NCBI GenBank assembly: GCA_963762565.1
Contig: CAVXLD010000011.1
Coordinates: 160,001 to 224,000, forward strand
DNA from: an uncultured Verrucomicrobiae bacterium
Lineage (GTDB): Bacteria > Verrucomicrobiota > Verrucomicrobiia > Chthoniobacterales > JAFAMB01
Reading direction: 5' to 3'
DNA length: 64,000 nt
The position numbers and the translations under genes were made by a program. The notes under the pieces are model-generated. The model was not told the origin of the DNA. It was given only the letters and a program-made list of their open reading frames with translations, and searched no databases. Below are positions 27,544 to 38,000 of this stretch, in pieces (position 1 is the stretch's first letter; each line of letters opens with the position of its first letter).

Positions 27544-28446
27544 TTAGTGCCTCGATAAACCGGGAGTTTCAGGTGCAGGATGGGGCTCGACGGCAACCGT
27601 GACCGTCTGGCCGATCCTCAGTGGTACGGGAGGCTTTCCGGTAATCTTGATCCGGACAGGGAAACGTTGTGGCAGCCGAACCCAATCAACGGTCTGATTG
27701 ACGGCAGCCAATAGACCCGTCGCGCTCCCACCGGAGCCATCTTGAACAAAGACTCCCCAGGCGACGCTCTCGATGTTTCCGCCAAAAGGCTGGTCCCGAT
27801 ATCCCATCAGGGTCAGCTTTACATCCCGACCAGGCTTGATCGAGACGAGCTGAGTTTCCTTAAAGTAGGCCGCAATCCAGAAGGAGCTCGAATCAACCAA
27901 GGCTAGGAGCTGATCTCCCACATGGACGTAAGCGCCAGGACTGGTGTTGACATTGGTTAGGTAACCATCAACCGGCGCATAAACCTTGGTGTAACTCAGA
28001 TTCAGCTCAGCTTGTTGCAGGTTGGCTCGGGCCGCACCTAGTTCGGCCTGGGCCTCGGCAAAGGCGTTTTGAGCATTTTGGAACAGCTGTTTTGAATCGA
28101 CGTTTCTTTTGAATAGATCGGTCTCCCGGTCAAGATCCTGTTGCTTCTGCAGGAGATTGGCCTCCAGATTCGCAACCGACGCCTTAGCGGAGGCTAAAGC
28201 AGTTTGATAATCCGCAGGATCAATTTCAAACAAAAGGTCGCCGGCCTTTACTTCCTGATTATCGTGTACCGGAATCTTAACAATCGGACCAGCGACGCGG
28301 GGTGCGATTCCCACAATGTTCGCTCTGACCTGGCAATCGCGTGTCCAGGGGTCAGTGATATATTTCCGATATAGAAGCCAAGCGCAGGTCGCCGCCACTG
28401 CGACGGCGATCAATGTAACCAGGTATCGATAAAGCGCGATTTTCAC
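27544..28446 (-). CDS. HlyD family membrane fusion protein (AaeA-like)
   Basis: PWTRDCQV, APVDGY, YFKETQL, WVRLPQRFPVRI; GTG start overlaps the upstream stop. Confidence 0.9.
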   Translation of the reverse strand: MKIALYRYLVTLIAVAVAATCAWLLYRKYITDPWTRDCQVRANIVGIAPRVAGPIVKIPVHDNQEVKAGDLLFEIDPADYQTALASAKASVANLEANLLQKQQDLDRETDLFKRNVDSKQLFQNAQNAFAEAQAELGAARANLQQAELNLSYTKVYAPVDGYLTNVNTSPGAYVHVGDQLLALVDSSSFWIAAYFKETQLVSIKPGRDVKLTLMGYRDQPFGGNIESVAWGVFVQDGSGGSATGLLAAVNQTVDWVRLPQRFPVRIKITGKPPVPLRIGQTVTVAVEPHPAPETPGLSRH

Positions 28447-28664
28447 GGGGCGAAGACCAGGCCAATTAGACTTCCGAACAACACGGCTAGCGCGGCAAAG
28501 AAGAGCGGTAGGTGCCAGACGTGTCGAGTTACGCCCAAATGTTCGAGCAAGCTTGTGACTGCCCAAGCACACAAGAAGCCGAGAACAACGATCGCCATCG
28601 ACCAAGGAGTATTGAAATCATAGATCGACTGCTCGCCATTCCTCAGATAGTTGGCTATATCCAT
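28443..28664 (-). CDS. DUF1656 (AaeX-like) small membrane protein
   Basis: RHVWHLPLFFAAL motif; first gene of the efflux operon. Confidence 0.8.
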   Translation of the reverse strand: MDIANYLRNGEQSIYDFNTPWSMAIVVLGFLCAWAVTSLLEHLGVTRHVWHLPLFFAALAVLFGSLIGLVFAP

Positions 28665-28694
28665 AGGTAAGGTTCCTTTCTGCCATGGCGGGTC

Positions 28695-29669
28695 TTACTT
28701 TTGGCTATTGAAATCCAATAGAACCTTGCCACCGCGCTGGGAGTGCTCGATTGCTTCTTTGATCTGGGACGGTTTGTAGGTTGTGGTGAATGGCAAACTT
28801 AATTTGCCGGAAGCGACGACTTCAGTTGCCTCAGTTAGTGCCGCTCGCATTTTAGGTAGATACTCTTCGTGATACATCCAGAAGCCGTGGATGGTTAACC
28901 GCTTGCCAATGAGATCGGCGTGCAGCACGTGAATCGGCAAACCGCTCAGTGGCGCATAGCTGACGAGATGAGCGCCCGGAGAGAGCAGGCTTGCCATCGT
29001 TGCTGTCGCTGGACCACCTACGGCATCAAGCCCCAGAGATATTGGCGTACCGCCGGTTGCAATCTGAATTCGCTTTGAGAGTTCCGGCGATTCCACAACA
29101 ACGTAATCAGCACCGAGCTTATCAATTTCTGGGATAAGCTCGGGCCGCCTGACAATACCGATAACGTTGAGATGGCGCGATTTTGCAATCGCGATCAGGC
29201 ATCGCCCGACCTGGGAATTTGCTGCGTTTAATACAATCCAGTCCTTTGGCTTTAGCTTTACAAATGCGTCTAAAAGAAGAACTGCGGTCGTAGGATTGAT
29301 ATTTAACATCGAGGCCGTTTTGGCATCGACTGAGGGAGGAACGACGAAAAGCCCTTGGGCCGGAGCCAGCACCTTTTTGGACCAGGTAAATGTCCCAAAA
29401 GGGATCGTAACCCGATCGCCTACCTTGACGCTGGTGACTTCCGGCCCGATCGCCTCCACAATTCCCGCACCTTCACCTCCTATGACAGAAGGAAGCTTCG
29501 GCTTTAGATGGTACATTCCGTTCGCTAAAAGGAGGTCGCTGTAATCAATCGGCGCATACTCTATGCGGACTAGAGCCTTGCCCCCAGACGGGGCGTTGGG
29601 TTCCGAAACTTCGACCAGCATCAAGTTCTGAGCTGGATTACCGTAGGCGGTGAGATGGATGGCTTTCAT
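28695..29669 (-). CDS. MDR family enoyl reductase-like oxidoreductase
   Basis: APIDYSD, GGEGAG, INPTTA, NAANSQVG, DAVGG. Confidence 0.88.
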   Translation of the reverse strand: MKAIHLTAYGNPAQNLMLVEVSEPNAPSGGKALVRIEYAPIDYSDLLLANGMYHLKPKLPSVIGGEGAGIVEAIGPEVTSVKVGDRVTIPFGTFTWSKKVLAPAQGLFVVPPSVDAKTASMLNINPTTAVLLLDAFVKLKPKDWIVLNAANSQVGRCLIAIAKSRHLNVIGIVRRPELIPEIDKLGADYVVVESPELSKRIQIATGGTPISLGLDAVGGPATATMASLLSPGAHLVSYAPLSGLPIHVLHADLIGKRLTIHGFWMYHEEYLPKMRAALTEATEVVASGKLSLPFTTTYKPSQIKEAIEHSQRGGKVLLDFNSQK

Positions 29670-29674
29670 TTGGG

Positions 29675-30280
29675 CTATTCTCCTCCCTCCAAGAAATCTC
29701 GACCTGCGAGAGGGCCACCTGCTTGCTGCATCAGTCCTCCATCGCGAAGGTTTCCAAGATCAACGACGGAGTAGCCAAGACCTTCGAGAAAGGTTGCCAC
29801 CCGCTTCTTCGCGCCTTCATCGTCACCAGAAATAAACGCAACTCGTCTCGCCCCGTTAACAACAGGATCCGCCTCCAAGTTTGAAGCGAACATGTTGTTC
29901 AGTGCTTTAACTACTCGTGCTCCAGGGGCTAGCGCCGCGACGAGCTGGCTAGTGGATAGGTTTCCGACATTGGCGGGCGTGAAACTTCCAGCTTTACCGT
30001 GGAAAGGATTGACCCCATCGATCAGAATCTGATTTTTCCACTTGGGCAGACTTACAAGTGTTTCGGGTACCTTGTCCCAGGGCACAGCAAGAAGTACCAG
30101 TTCGCAGGCTGCCGCTTCTTCCTTGGTGGCAGCCATTGCTCCAGGACCAACTTGGTTGACGATTTCCCGCAGGCTCTCGGGGCCGCGGCTATTGCTAAGC
30201 TTTACCTGATGGCCGGCCTTCAGCGCCCGTTTTGCGAATGCCTGAGCGAAAGCTCCTGACCCGATGATTCCGATTTCCAT
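29675..30280 (-). CDS. NADPH-dependent F420 reductase-like (F420_oxidored) protein
   Basis: GIIGSG, NSRGPESL, LAVPW, RVVKALN, SGDD, DLGNL. Confidence 0.88.
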   Translation of the reverse strand: MEIGIIGSGAFAQAFAKRALKAGHQVKLSNSRGPESLREIVNQVGPGAMAATKEEAAACELVLLAVPWDKVPETLVSLPKWKNQILIDGVNPFHGKAGSFTPANVGNLSTSQLVAALAPGARVVKALNNMFASNLEADPVVNGARRVAFISGDDEGAKKRVATFLEGLGYSVVDLGNLRDGGLMQQAGGPLAGRDFLEGGE

Positions 30281-30354
30281 TAGCTGTATTTCCAAATTGG
30301 GCTAGCAGCTCAATCGTTGATAGGGTTAGTCGTTTTCTCTTTTTCTGATACGGG

Positions 30355-31119
30355 CTATAACTTTGAACCGCCGTCCACCGGGATAATCGCCCCGGTAATC
30401 CACCGGGCGGCATCCGATGCAAGGAAGGCGATAACGTCTGCTACATCGGAAGGCTGGCCTATCCGTTTGAGAGCTTGCATGCCCAGTGCCAGATCGCGTC
30501 CGGCGTCGGTCTTCGTGAAATTCGACATGTCGGTTTCGATTACCCCCGGAGCGACTGCATTGACTCGGATACCGCGCGGGCCTAGTAAGGCTGCGAAATG
30601 CTTCACCAGGGTGTCGAGCGCTCCCTTAGTTGATGCGTAGGCGGGCAAAGAAATAACGTTTTGCGACCCGCCAGGCGCAAAGCGTGCCGCCAGGGAAGAG
30701 ACAAGCACGATGCTAGAACCGTCCGTGAACAGCGGCAGCAGGTGTTGCACGAGAAAGAAGGGGGCGCGCACATTCGTCGCGAAGAGCGCATCGAAATCTT
30801 CAACCGTGTGATTCTCGATGGGGGCTGCTTTCGAGATACCTGCGTTAGCAATAAGAATGTCGAGCTTATTACCGACAATTTCACGAGCCTGTTCAGCCAG
30901 CTTGGTTACGCCGTCCGGCGACGCTAAATCGGCGGATAGCAGATCAGCTTGGCCGCCGGACGCTTCGATCTCTTTGCGCAGAGCGTCTGCCTCCGATGCG
31001 CTTCGCCCGTAGTGAATGATTAGACGAGTGCCGGTGTTGGCGAGTGCAATTGCTGTGGCGCGTCCAATCCCGCGGGATGCACCGGTAATAAGAGCGATCC
31101 TTTTGTAAGTACTAGTCAT
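30355..31119 (-). CDS. SDR oxidoreductase
   Basis: ITGASRGIG, YASTK, NAVAPGVIET. Confidence 0.92.
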   Translation of the reverse strand: MTSTYKRIALITGASRGIGRATAIALANTGTRLIIHYGRSASEADALRKEIEASGGQADLLSADLASPDGVTKLAEQAREIVGNKLDILIANAGISKAAPIENHTVEDFDALFATNVRAPFFLVQHLLPLFTDGSSIVLVSSLAARFAPGGSQNVISLPAYASTKGALDTLVKHFAALLGPRGIRVNAVAPGVIETDMSNFTKTDAGRDLALGMQALKRIGQPSDVADVIAFLASDAARWITGAIIPVDGGSKL

Positions 31120-31190
31120 ATTAGTTCCTGATAACCGGCTCGTAGCCGGGTTAAATGTTTTGCGTGAACGAAACGTCCGTGTTCACTCAT

Positions 31191-31908
31191 TTAAGCAACC
31201 GTGATCTCACCCATGTCGATGGCGACTAACAGCGGCTCCATCACCGGTTGATAGTTGCCCTCGTAAGCGTATACCCGGCGCCTGGTTGGAAATACAATTT
31301 GCCCCACTTCTCGGTACTCAGAGGCATAGTTCAATCCTCGAGCCCCGCCCATGACGTCCACGGTGTAGTCATGCCTGCGCAGGAGCCCATCTGGCCCGAA
31401 GCACGAGATCTGTTCGCGGGTATGGCTTTTGACGTGATCGGGAAAGACCACCTTTAGTCGTCGCCAGGTTTCGCCATCGACTTCGACGCGGCGAGATCTC
31501 TTCAGTAACAAAACCATCGTAGGTATAGAGAAAGGGTGTGGTCAGGTAGGTCCACAGGGCTTCACCTTGGAAGTAGGCCACGTGTAGGTGATCCCATGGG
31601 GTCTCTTGCTTGTGGCCGGCGAAATGTTTCTCGGGAGCGTAGCGAGTCTGGATGGGCGTTCCGTCAACCCGTTCCATAACCACTTTTGAGGGCTCGAAGA
31701 CGAAGCGTTTATCCTGACCTGGAAATTCAGTGACCAGTTTCTGCGTTTTTGTGCTCGCGGTGATAACGACGTTCTTAAGGTAATCGCCTTGGCCCTTTAC
31801 AAACCAGATCGCACCAGTGATTGATGCGGCGACCTTTATCGTATTTAGCTCGCTCCAACGCTTGAGGCCGCCATGGGCGGAGAGGGCGGTTTGCAAAAGG
31901 TCGTTCAT
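31191..31908 (-). pseudogene. Conserved hypothetical protein split by a single-base insertion near 31488 (or sequencing error)
   Basis: AHGGLKRW...YFQGEALWTYLTTPF...EEISP continues in another frame as VEVDGETWRRL...GLLRRHDY. Confidence 0.75.
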
Positions 31909-31973
31909 AGTTTCCCCATTCTTTTTGATCAGCGATTATGCCGCCGTGACCTTCCGGTGGTTCAGCTCACCGT

Positions 31974-32161
31974 TTAATGGGCTAGCTTTCCGCCATCCTC
32001 GTGTCTGCCAGAGACAACAATACGCGCTCCTTCCCGGCGAAAGCGAACGCGGTGGCTCGGCCTATCCCGGTGAGCGCGCCAGTAATGAGAACCACGGGCG
32101 GCGTTGCCTTTGCTTTGGCGGCAGCGCTGGTTAATGGCTCGAGCTCTTTATGAGTAGTCAT
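31974..32161 (-). pseudogene. SDR relic with a large internal deletion
   Basis: ITGALTGIGRATAFAFA, frameshift, EGARIVVSGRHE joined directly to C-terminal-like DGGKLAH*. Confidence 0.7.
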
Positions 32162-32360
32162 GGGGGATCTTACCGGGATGCACGAGTTGCGCATCAGCAC
32201 GTGGGTTAGATTTTCCGGTACTACCTTTCAGTGCGACTCAGCAAGAGATTGGACTGATACCAATGGTGTAGCTTGCGCTCCCTCGTCTGGGATACCACAA
32301 AATCTTGCTACGGAGCGATCGTCACAAACCAGGATGCGACTAGTCTGCAGTTTGTCGAAC

Positions 32361-32822
32361 ATGGAATCAGACGCTCCTGAAATTGGTCCCAGCGGGCGCC
32401 CGCGGAGAGACCAAAAGGAAACGGAGTTGGCACACTCTGAGGCGAAATCCATTATCCTAGAGGTGCCCGTCAGAGACGCTTACGCTTGTTGCTGTCAAAT
32501 CGAAGAATTGCCCCGATTCATCAGGTCTTTAAGGGACGTTCAGAAGATTGACGATACGCATTTCTTGTTAACTTCCATGATTGATGATGAACAACGCAGA
32601 ACTGTCCTTCAGATTATACTTCGGGTCCCGGAGAGGCGTCTGGTGTGGCAAGCGGTCTCCGACTATTTTCCGCGGGGCGTTATCGTATTCGAGCCCCTTT
32701 CCGATCGCAAAACGGAGATCACAGTTAAGCTGCGATCGAATATTGAGCCCGCGGCCCTGGCCCAGGCAACCACTGACTACCTGACGAGTTTCAAACAGTT
32801 CATGGAACAGGGGACAGCCTAG
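32361..32822 (+). CDS. SRPBCC/polyketide cyclase-like protein
   Basis: SIILEVPV, EELPRFI..L.DVQKIDD, PERRLVW, GVIVFEPL. Confidence 0.75.
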   Translation: MESDAPEIGPSGRPRRDQKETELAHSEAKSIILEVPVRDAYACCCQIEELPRFIRSLRDVQKIDDTHFLLTSMIDDEQRRTVLQIILRVPERRLVWQAVSDYFPRGVIVFEPLSDRKTEITVKLRSNIEPAALAQATTDYLTSFKQFMEQGTA

Positions 32823-32851
32823 GAGAACCGGGGGTTCGTGAGGAGCAATTC

Positions 32852-32946
32852 GGGGAGGGCGCGCTGCCTGTCCGACATAGCCTGATGCTTTCAATCGATT
32901 TTCTTCCCAACGTGGCGACGTCGGATCCCCGCGCGCCGCGAGGACT
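32852..32946. repeat. GGAG-type REP interrupted by an insert of about 60 bp
   Basis: ggggagggcgcgc [insert] tccccgcgcgccgcgaggac. Confidence 0.6.
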
Positions 32947-33202
32947 TCGCTGCTGGCTCCGTAGGAGCCGAATCTTTATAGTCGGCATTTTCGTATCTCG
33001 GGTACGATAAGTCGTAATTATTTCCGAGAAATTGCGCCGGCAAAAGCAGCGAATTTGGCAGGCGAAAATCTTTTTTCGAGAGGGCATGCTAGCCCTCTTC
33101 TTGGGGGTGGCACGCCATGTGCATACCAAGCGGTCCCGTGACTACGCAGGAGTACATACCTGTAATCGCTGACGCCTCTATCGGCAGCAGCAAGGAGGAA
33201 CA

Positions 33203-33475
33203 ATGTTTTTAGTCTTACCACAATCAATCGTGATCCCTGAAGCCTTGGAACGCCTCGAAGATGACAATTTCGAGGATTGGTTGACAGCCGTCGTGATCGA
33301 GGCCGCGAATCAGCCGGCCGTCGAGGACCAGTTTTCTAAGACCGCCCATCAGAATGCGAGCGGAATCACAGATCTCTGGATGCTAGAGATCGCTGAGCGC
33401 CAGGGCAAAGTGTGGACGGGCAAGTTTCAAGTCCAAATTAACGGCGTCGAAGAGACAAGGACCGGAAGCGGATAA
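33203..33475 (+). CDS. Hypothetical protein, possibly frameshifted and extending to about 33569
   Basis: Strong RBS AAGGAGG; protein-like composition; alternate frame continues ..EELSFAFNTATAEMTFHL. Confidence 0.5.
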   Translation: MFLVLPQSIVIPEALERLEDDNFEDWLTAVVIEAANQPAVEDQFSKTAHQNASGITDLWMLEIAERQGKVWTGKFQVQINGVEETRTGSG

Positions 33476-33588
33476 CATGCTGGAACAACCGGCCGAAGAG
33501 CTTTCCTTCGCCTTCAATACTGCCACCGCGGAAATGACCTTCCACTTGGTCCCAGAGCTCAGGAGATAGCCAATTCCCCAGTCAGAAC

Positions 33589-34083
33589 ATGTCAGCAAAC
33601 AAGTTAAAACCAGTAGGACTTCCTAAGAGAAGTGGAGTCAGACCCAAAACTATTTTGGGACCGTTGCATCTACAATATAGCGGACACGGCGACCCGAAGT
33701 ATTTGCATCAGTTAATCAAGGATGTATTAGCGTGGCCGGACATTGATGTCGATTCATTGTCGAATGAGCCTGCGAACCTCGTCAGCTTCCGGTTGAAAGA
33801 GAATGCGGTCACCGACGAATCTTCGGCATTCCTTAGCCCGAGAGAATTTGCCAGGATACACTTGAGCGCGCCGACTATTATTTTAGCGCTACCATTGATC
33901 TGGGCGCACTGGGCAATCGTTGGGGGGTGGGCCGAACCGCATTACCTGCGTTCATTCGGACTGATGCCCGCCGGTGCGGTTGTCGTGTACACTCCGAAAA
34001 ACGCGGAGGAGTTAGCAATTTGCTATCTACTGTTTTCTAAAGCGTACCAATTCGCTACGAAACCGATGCTGGAGACAGCGTGA
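33589..34083 (+). CDS. Luciferase-family/DUF5519-like protein
   Basis: LPKRSG.RP.T, REFARIH, GWAEPH, VVYTPKNAEEL. Confidence 0.7.
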   Translation: MSANKLKPVGLPKRSGVRPKTILGPLHLQYSGHGDPKYLHQLIKDVLAWPDIDVDSLSNEPANLVSFRLKENAVTDESSAFLSPREFARIHLSAPTIILALPLIWAHWAIVGGWAEPHYLRSFGLMPAGAVVVYTPKNAEELAICYLLFSKAYQFATKPMLETA

Positions 34084-34100
34084 GGGACGAACGCGGCCCG

Positions 34101-34222
34101 GGGAGGGCGCGCGTCCCCGCGCGCCGCGAGGATGTGCCATAACCCAAGGATCTATTTTCGCCTGTGGTTAGAACACGTGCTCGGCTTCGTTAGCAACGGA
34201 TCGCAAGGACGCGATCCCTCCC
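34101..34222. repeat. GGAG-type REP pair, copy 3
   Basis: gggagggcgcgcgtccccgcgcgcc ... ggatcgcaaggacgcgatccctccc. Confidence 0.85.
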
Positions 34223-34372
34223 GGTGAGGCGGGCCCGGATTCGAGGACAGCTTGTCCGCCATAGCCCACGCTCTAAATCGCCATCCGCTCTACGTCGGCC
34301 TCGCAAGCGAGGCGCGCTCCACAATAAGGAGTCGGCGAAGGCGGAAGAACGAGAACGATGCGCTTGCGCGCG

Positions 34373-35074
34373 TTACAACCGCAACAACCCGCGACGGGTC
34401 GCTTCGGCAACGGCTTCCGTACGACTGGCTACATTCATCTTGGCAAAGATCGCTTTACCGTGCGACTTCACGGTTCCTTCGCTGATAAAAAGGGTCGCCC
34501 CGATCTCTTTGTTACTTTTTCCCCGGGCCATTAGCTTTAGGACTTCGATCTCACGCTTGCTCAAGGTTTCGCCGCTAACGCGTTCAGCCAGCTTAGCGAC
34601 TATATCGACTGGGACGGAGGTTTGGCCGGCATGGACCCGCCGGATGCTGTCCATCAACGCCTCCCTCGGGACGTCCTTCAACAAATACCCTTTCGCGCCG
34701 GCTTGGATAGCTCGATAGATATCCTCATCACCGTCAAATGTGGTCAGCACAATAATCCGAGCTTTATCGTCGCAGGCTCGGATCTCCCTGATCGCGTCGA
34801 CGCCGTCCAACTCCGGCATCCGTAGGTCCAGCAGGGTTACATCCGGCCGGTGCAGTTTCCAAAGTTCAACCGTTTCACGACCGTTGCTCGCTTCGCCGAC
34901 AACCGTCATATCGGCTTTATTGCGCTGAATCATCGACACCAGACCTTCGCGAACAACACCGTGATCGTCGGCAATCAAGACGCGGATTCTGAGCTTTCGC
35001 TCCGCGCTACCCCGCTCAGTTTTGACCATGGAAACAGAATGCGATTTTGAAGCCGGTCTGGCTTTGGGGCTCAT
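34373..35074 (-). CDS. NarL/LuxR family response regulator
   Basis: IADDH, LLDLRMP, GYLLK, LSKREIEVLKLMARGKSNKEI HTH. Confidence 0.93.
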   Translation of the reverse strand: MSPKARPASKSHSVSMVKTERGSAERKLRIRVLIADDHGVVREGLVSMIQRNKADMTVVGEASNGRETVELWKLHRPDVTLLDLRMPELDGVDAIREIRACDDKARIIVLTTFDGDEDIYRAIQAGAKGYLLKDVPREALMDSIRRVHAGQTSVPVDIVAKLAERVSGETLSKREIEVLKLMARGKSNKEIGATLFISEGTVKSHGKAIFAKMNVASRTEAVAEATRRGLLRL

Positions 35075-38000
35075 AACTCTGGTTTCGTATCCAGGGCGAT
35101 AGGTGATGGTCGCTTCGTTGCCGCACTCGGGTTCCGGCGGCCATGGTTAAGGGGCAATATTACCGTTATCGTCGTCCCTTTGCCTAGAGAACTTACTATT
35201 TTCAAGTCGCCTCCCATTTCTTCAGCACGTTCGCGCATACCGGTTAAACCAACACCGTCATGCCGCTCACACACTTGGAATCCAACGCCGTTGTCAACGA
35301 ATTCCAGACGAACTTCCTTTGCATTAGAAACTAACCGGGTGGTGAAGTTGCTAGCGCGGGCGTACTTCAGGGTATTGCTTAAGGTTTCCTGACCAATCCG
35401 CAATAGATTCTCCTGCCAGGCTGCCGGCAGAACTGGTAGTTTGCCCTTCAATTCAAATGTAGTGCCAAGCGTGGTTGCCACCGTTGTGCTTTTGACTACA
35501 CCTTTGAGCGCCTGCCAGAAGTTGTCTTCCTCCAAAGCTCGCGGACGGAGAGCATGTACTGATCTCCGGGCTTCGATCAAACTCCGTCGCGCGAGTTCGC
35601 CCGCCTGATGGATATGCCGATCGGCCTCCTGGCGGTCACCATCGGAGATAGCATATTCGGCTGCCTCCAACTGCACAATTACTCCGGTGAACCCTTGGGC
35701 AAGCGTATCATGGACATCGCGAGCCATTCGGTTTCGTTCGGCTAAAACAGCGGCTTGCCGGCTCTGCTCGCCGACTTCGGTGAGCCGAATAGCGAGCATT
35801 ACTTGATGGGCAAGCGCTTGCATGAGTCCAATCTCTTCCGTCCGATAGGGAGCTCTCTCGCTGTGACCTACCGTAATCATGCCCTTCACGTCGCGACCGA
35901 CTAAAATTGGGACTGCCAAAAATTTCTTTGTCTCCCGCAGCATCAGGTATTCTCGCAATTGCTGATCCAAGCGCGGGTCTGTCTCGATCTCGTCGCACAC
36001 TATCGGACCGGCGGTAAAAAAAAGCTCCTGCACGATGGGATGCTCTTTCCATGAGGCCGGACTATGAACGAGCGGGTGTTTCCGATCGATCTCTACGGGG
36101 CGCAAGGAGTCCACCTCTAATCGCAAAAGCAGAGAATCTGCTGATTCATCGAAAAGCCATAGACTCGTAGTTTGTCCGCCCAACAGACGGCAGATCGTGC
36201 TCAGCATTTTCCCGAGAAACTTTTCGGGTTCTGATGCAGTCGCCAAGACGTCCAGGCTGTAGGTCAAGGCTTCCACTTGGCCTCGCGCCACTTGTTCGGA
36301 AGCTCGCAGCGCGTCCTCCGCTCGTTTTCGTTGGCTGATATCTCGCAGGACTGCCTGCAGATAGCGGCCCCGGACCGTGGTCAATGCGACTTCTACTGGA
36401 ACGATCTCCCCGTTTCTGCGGACGAAGTCTCTTTCAAACCGGAGATAGGGCTCCGTCTTCATCATTTCCATCCGGGCCGGCAACAAGGACTGGTCTTCCG
36501 GTACGAAGGTCTCGGAGATCGGAGTGCCGATCAGTTCTTCGGCCGAGCAGCCTGCTAACTGCGCGCCGGCAGAATTTACCGAAACATAGTTAAGATCGGT
36601 GTCGATGACAAAAATGGCGTCCGGCGAAACTTCAATCAGGTCTCGATACTTCTCTTCGCTCTTTCTGAGATCCGCATAGAGATGCGCATTCTCAAGCGAT
36701 ATGGCAGCTTGAGACGCAAGCAGTTTCAACACGGTTATGCGCTCCTGAGTAAAGGCATTGTTCGTGAGATTATTTTCAAGATAAAAGACGCCAATTGTCT
36801 TGGTCTGCCGGACGATCGGTACGCAGAGCACCGATTTCGCCTGCGTTTTAAGAAAGTAATCATCGTCTGAAAATGGATTTCTGACGGCGGCATCCTCAAG
36901 GACCACTGTCGATTGAGTCTTTATCACGTACTGAAGGGTGGATTGTGGAGCCGCTTCGCCGAGTAGAATCGCACTTTCAGCTGTTTGATCCTCTTTCTGC
37001 CCGAGTGCACCAGGAGCGATCGCTGGACGAGACCGCTGCGCTGAGGAAAGTACAATCTCAACCCGGCCATTGATGGTGGCAGCCTCCGCCTCAATCTCTG
37101 GTTGGTTATTCCGGATAAGCAACAATAGGCCTCGCTGCGCTCCGGCGTGTTCTACCGCGATTTTCATTAAGGTTTTGATCAGTTTGTCGAGGACGATCTC
37201 ACTGGAAATCGCCTGTAACGCCTTAACGATGGTCGCTGAATCCAGCAGATTGGCTGTCTGGTTCGCGACGAGCTCTGTTGGCTGTAGACTGCGCTTCGCC
37301 TCGGAAGTGATGGAGACCGCGTCAAACTTCAACGACCCAGATCGATCGAGCGCCAGCGCCGGATTTTGTTGATCGATTAGCCGAACTTTAGCCACGGCGC
37401 CCCATTGTTGATAACAGTGACGAGCACGCCTCAAGTAAGTGTGAGCGACGGTTTCCAAACCTCGCGCCAGATAGAATTTTGCGGCTAGTTCATTGGCTAA
37501 AGCTTCGTTCTGAATGAACCCATTTTTCTTGGCCGAATTGATTGACTCTACATAAAAGGACTGAGCCTCGGAATGTCTTCCTTCAAGACGGGCGGCCTCC
37601 GCTGAGACCAGAGCTCCCAAGCAACGAAAATTTTCGGGACAATTGCGGGCCCAACCGTGGAGCAACTCGCCGTGGGCTTTGATCGAATTAAGATACTCGA
37701 TTCGTGTGTCTACGCCGGCCGCCGGGTAGAGCTGCGCTAGCGCCAGCGCCGAATAAAAAGGATACTCGGCTAACTCCAGGAACGACTGCGATCTCCAAGC
37801 GAGATGCTGAACTCTCTTGGCGGCGGCAACGGCTCCGCCATAGTCACCGGCATGGAAGCAGGCCTGCAGTTTTCTAAGCCAAAATCGAAACTTAGCCGCG
37901 CTTAGTTCTATTTCTTGGTCAAGACGTTCTTCGGCGGCTGACTCGTCGAAATCAGGATTATCAAGACTGCTTAAATTGGCCGTGAGACCGCGCAAGGCTC

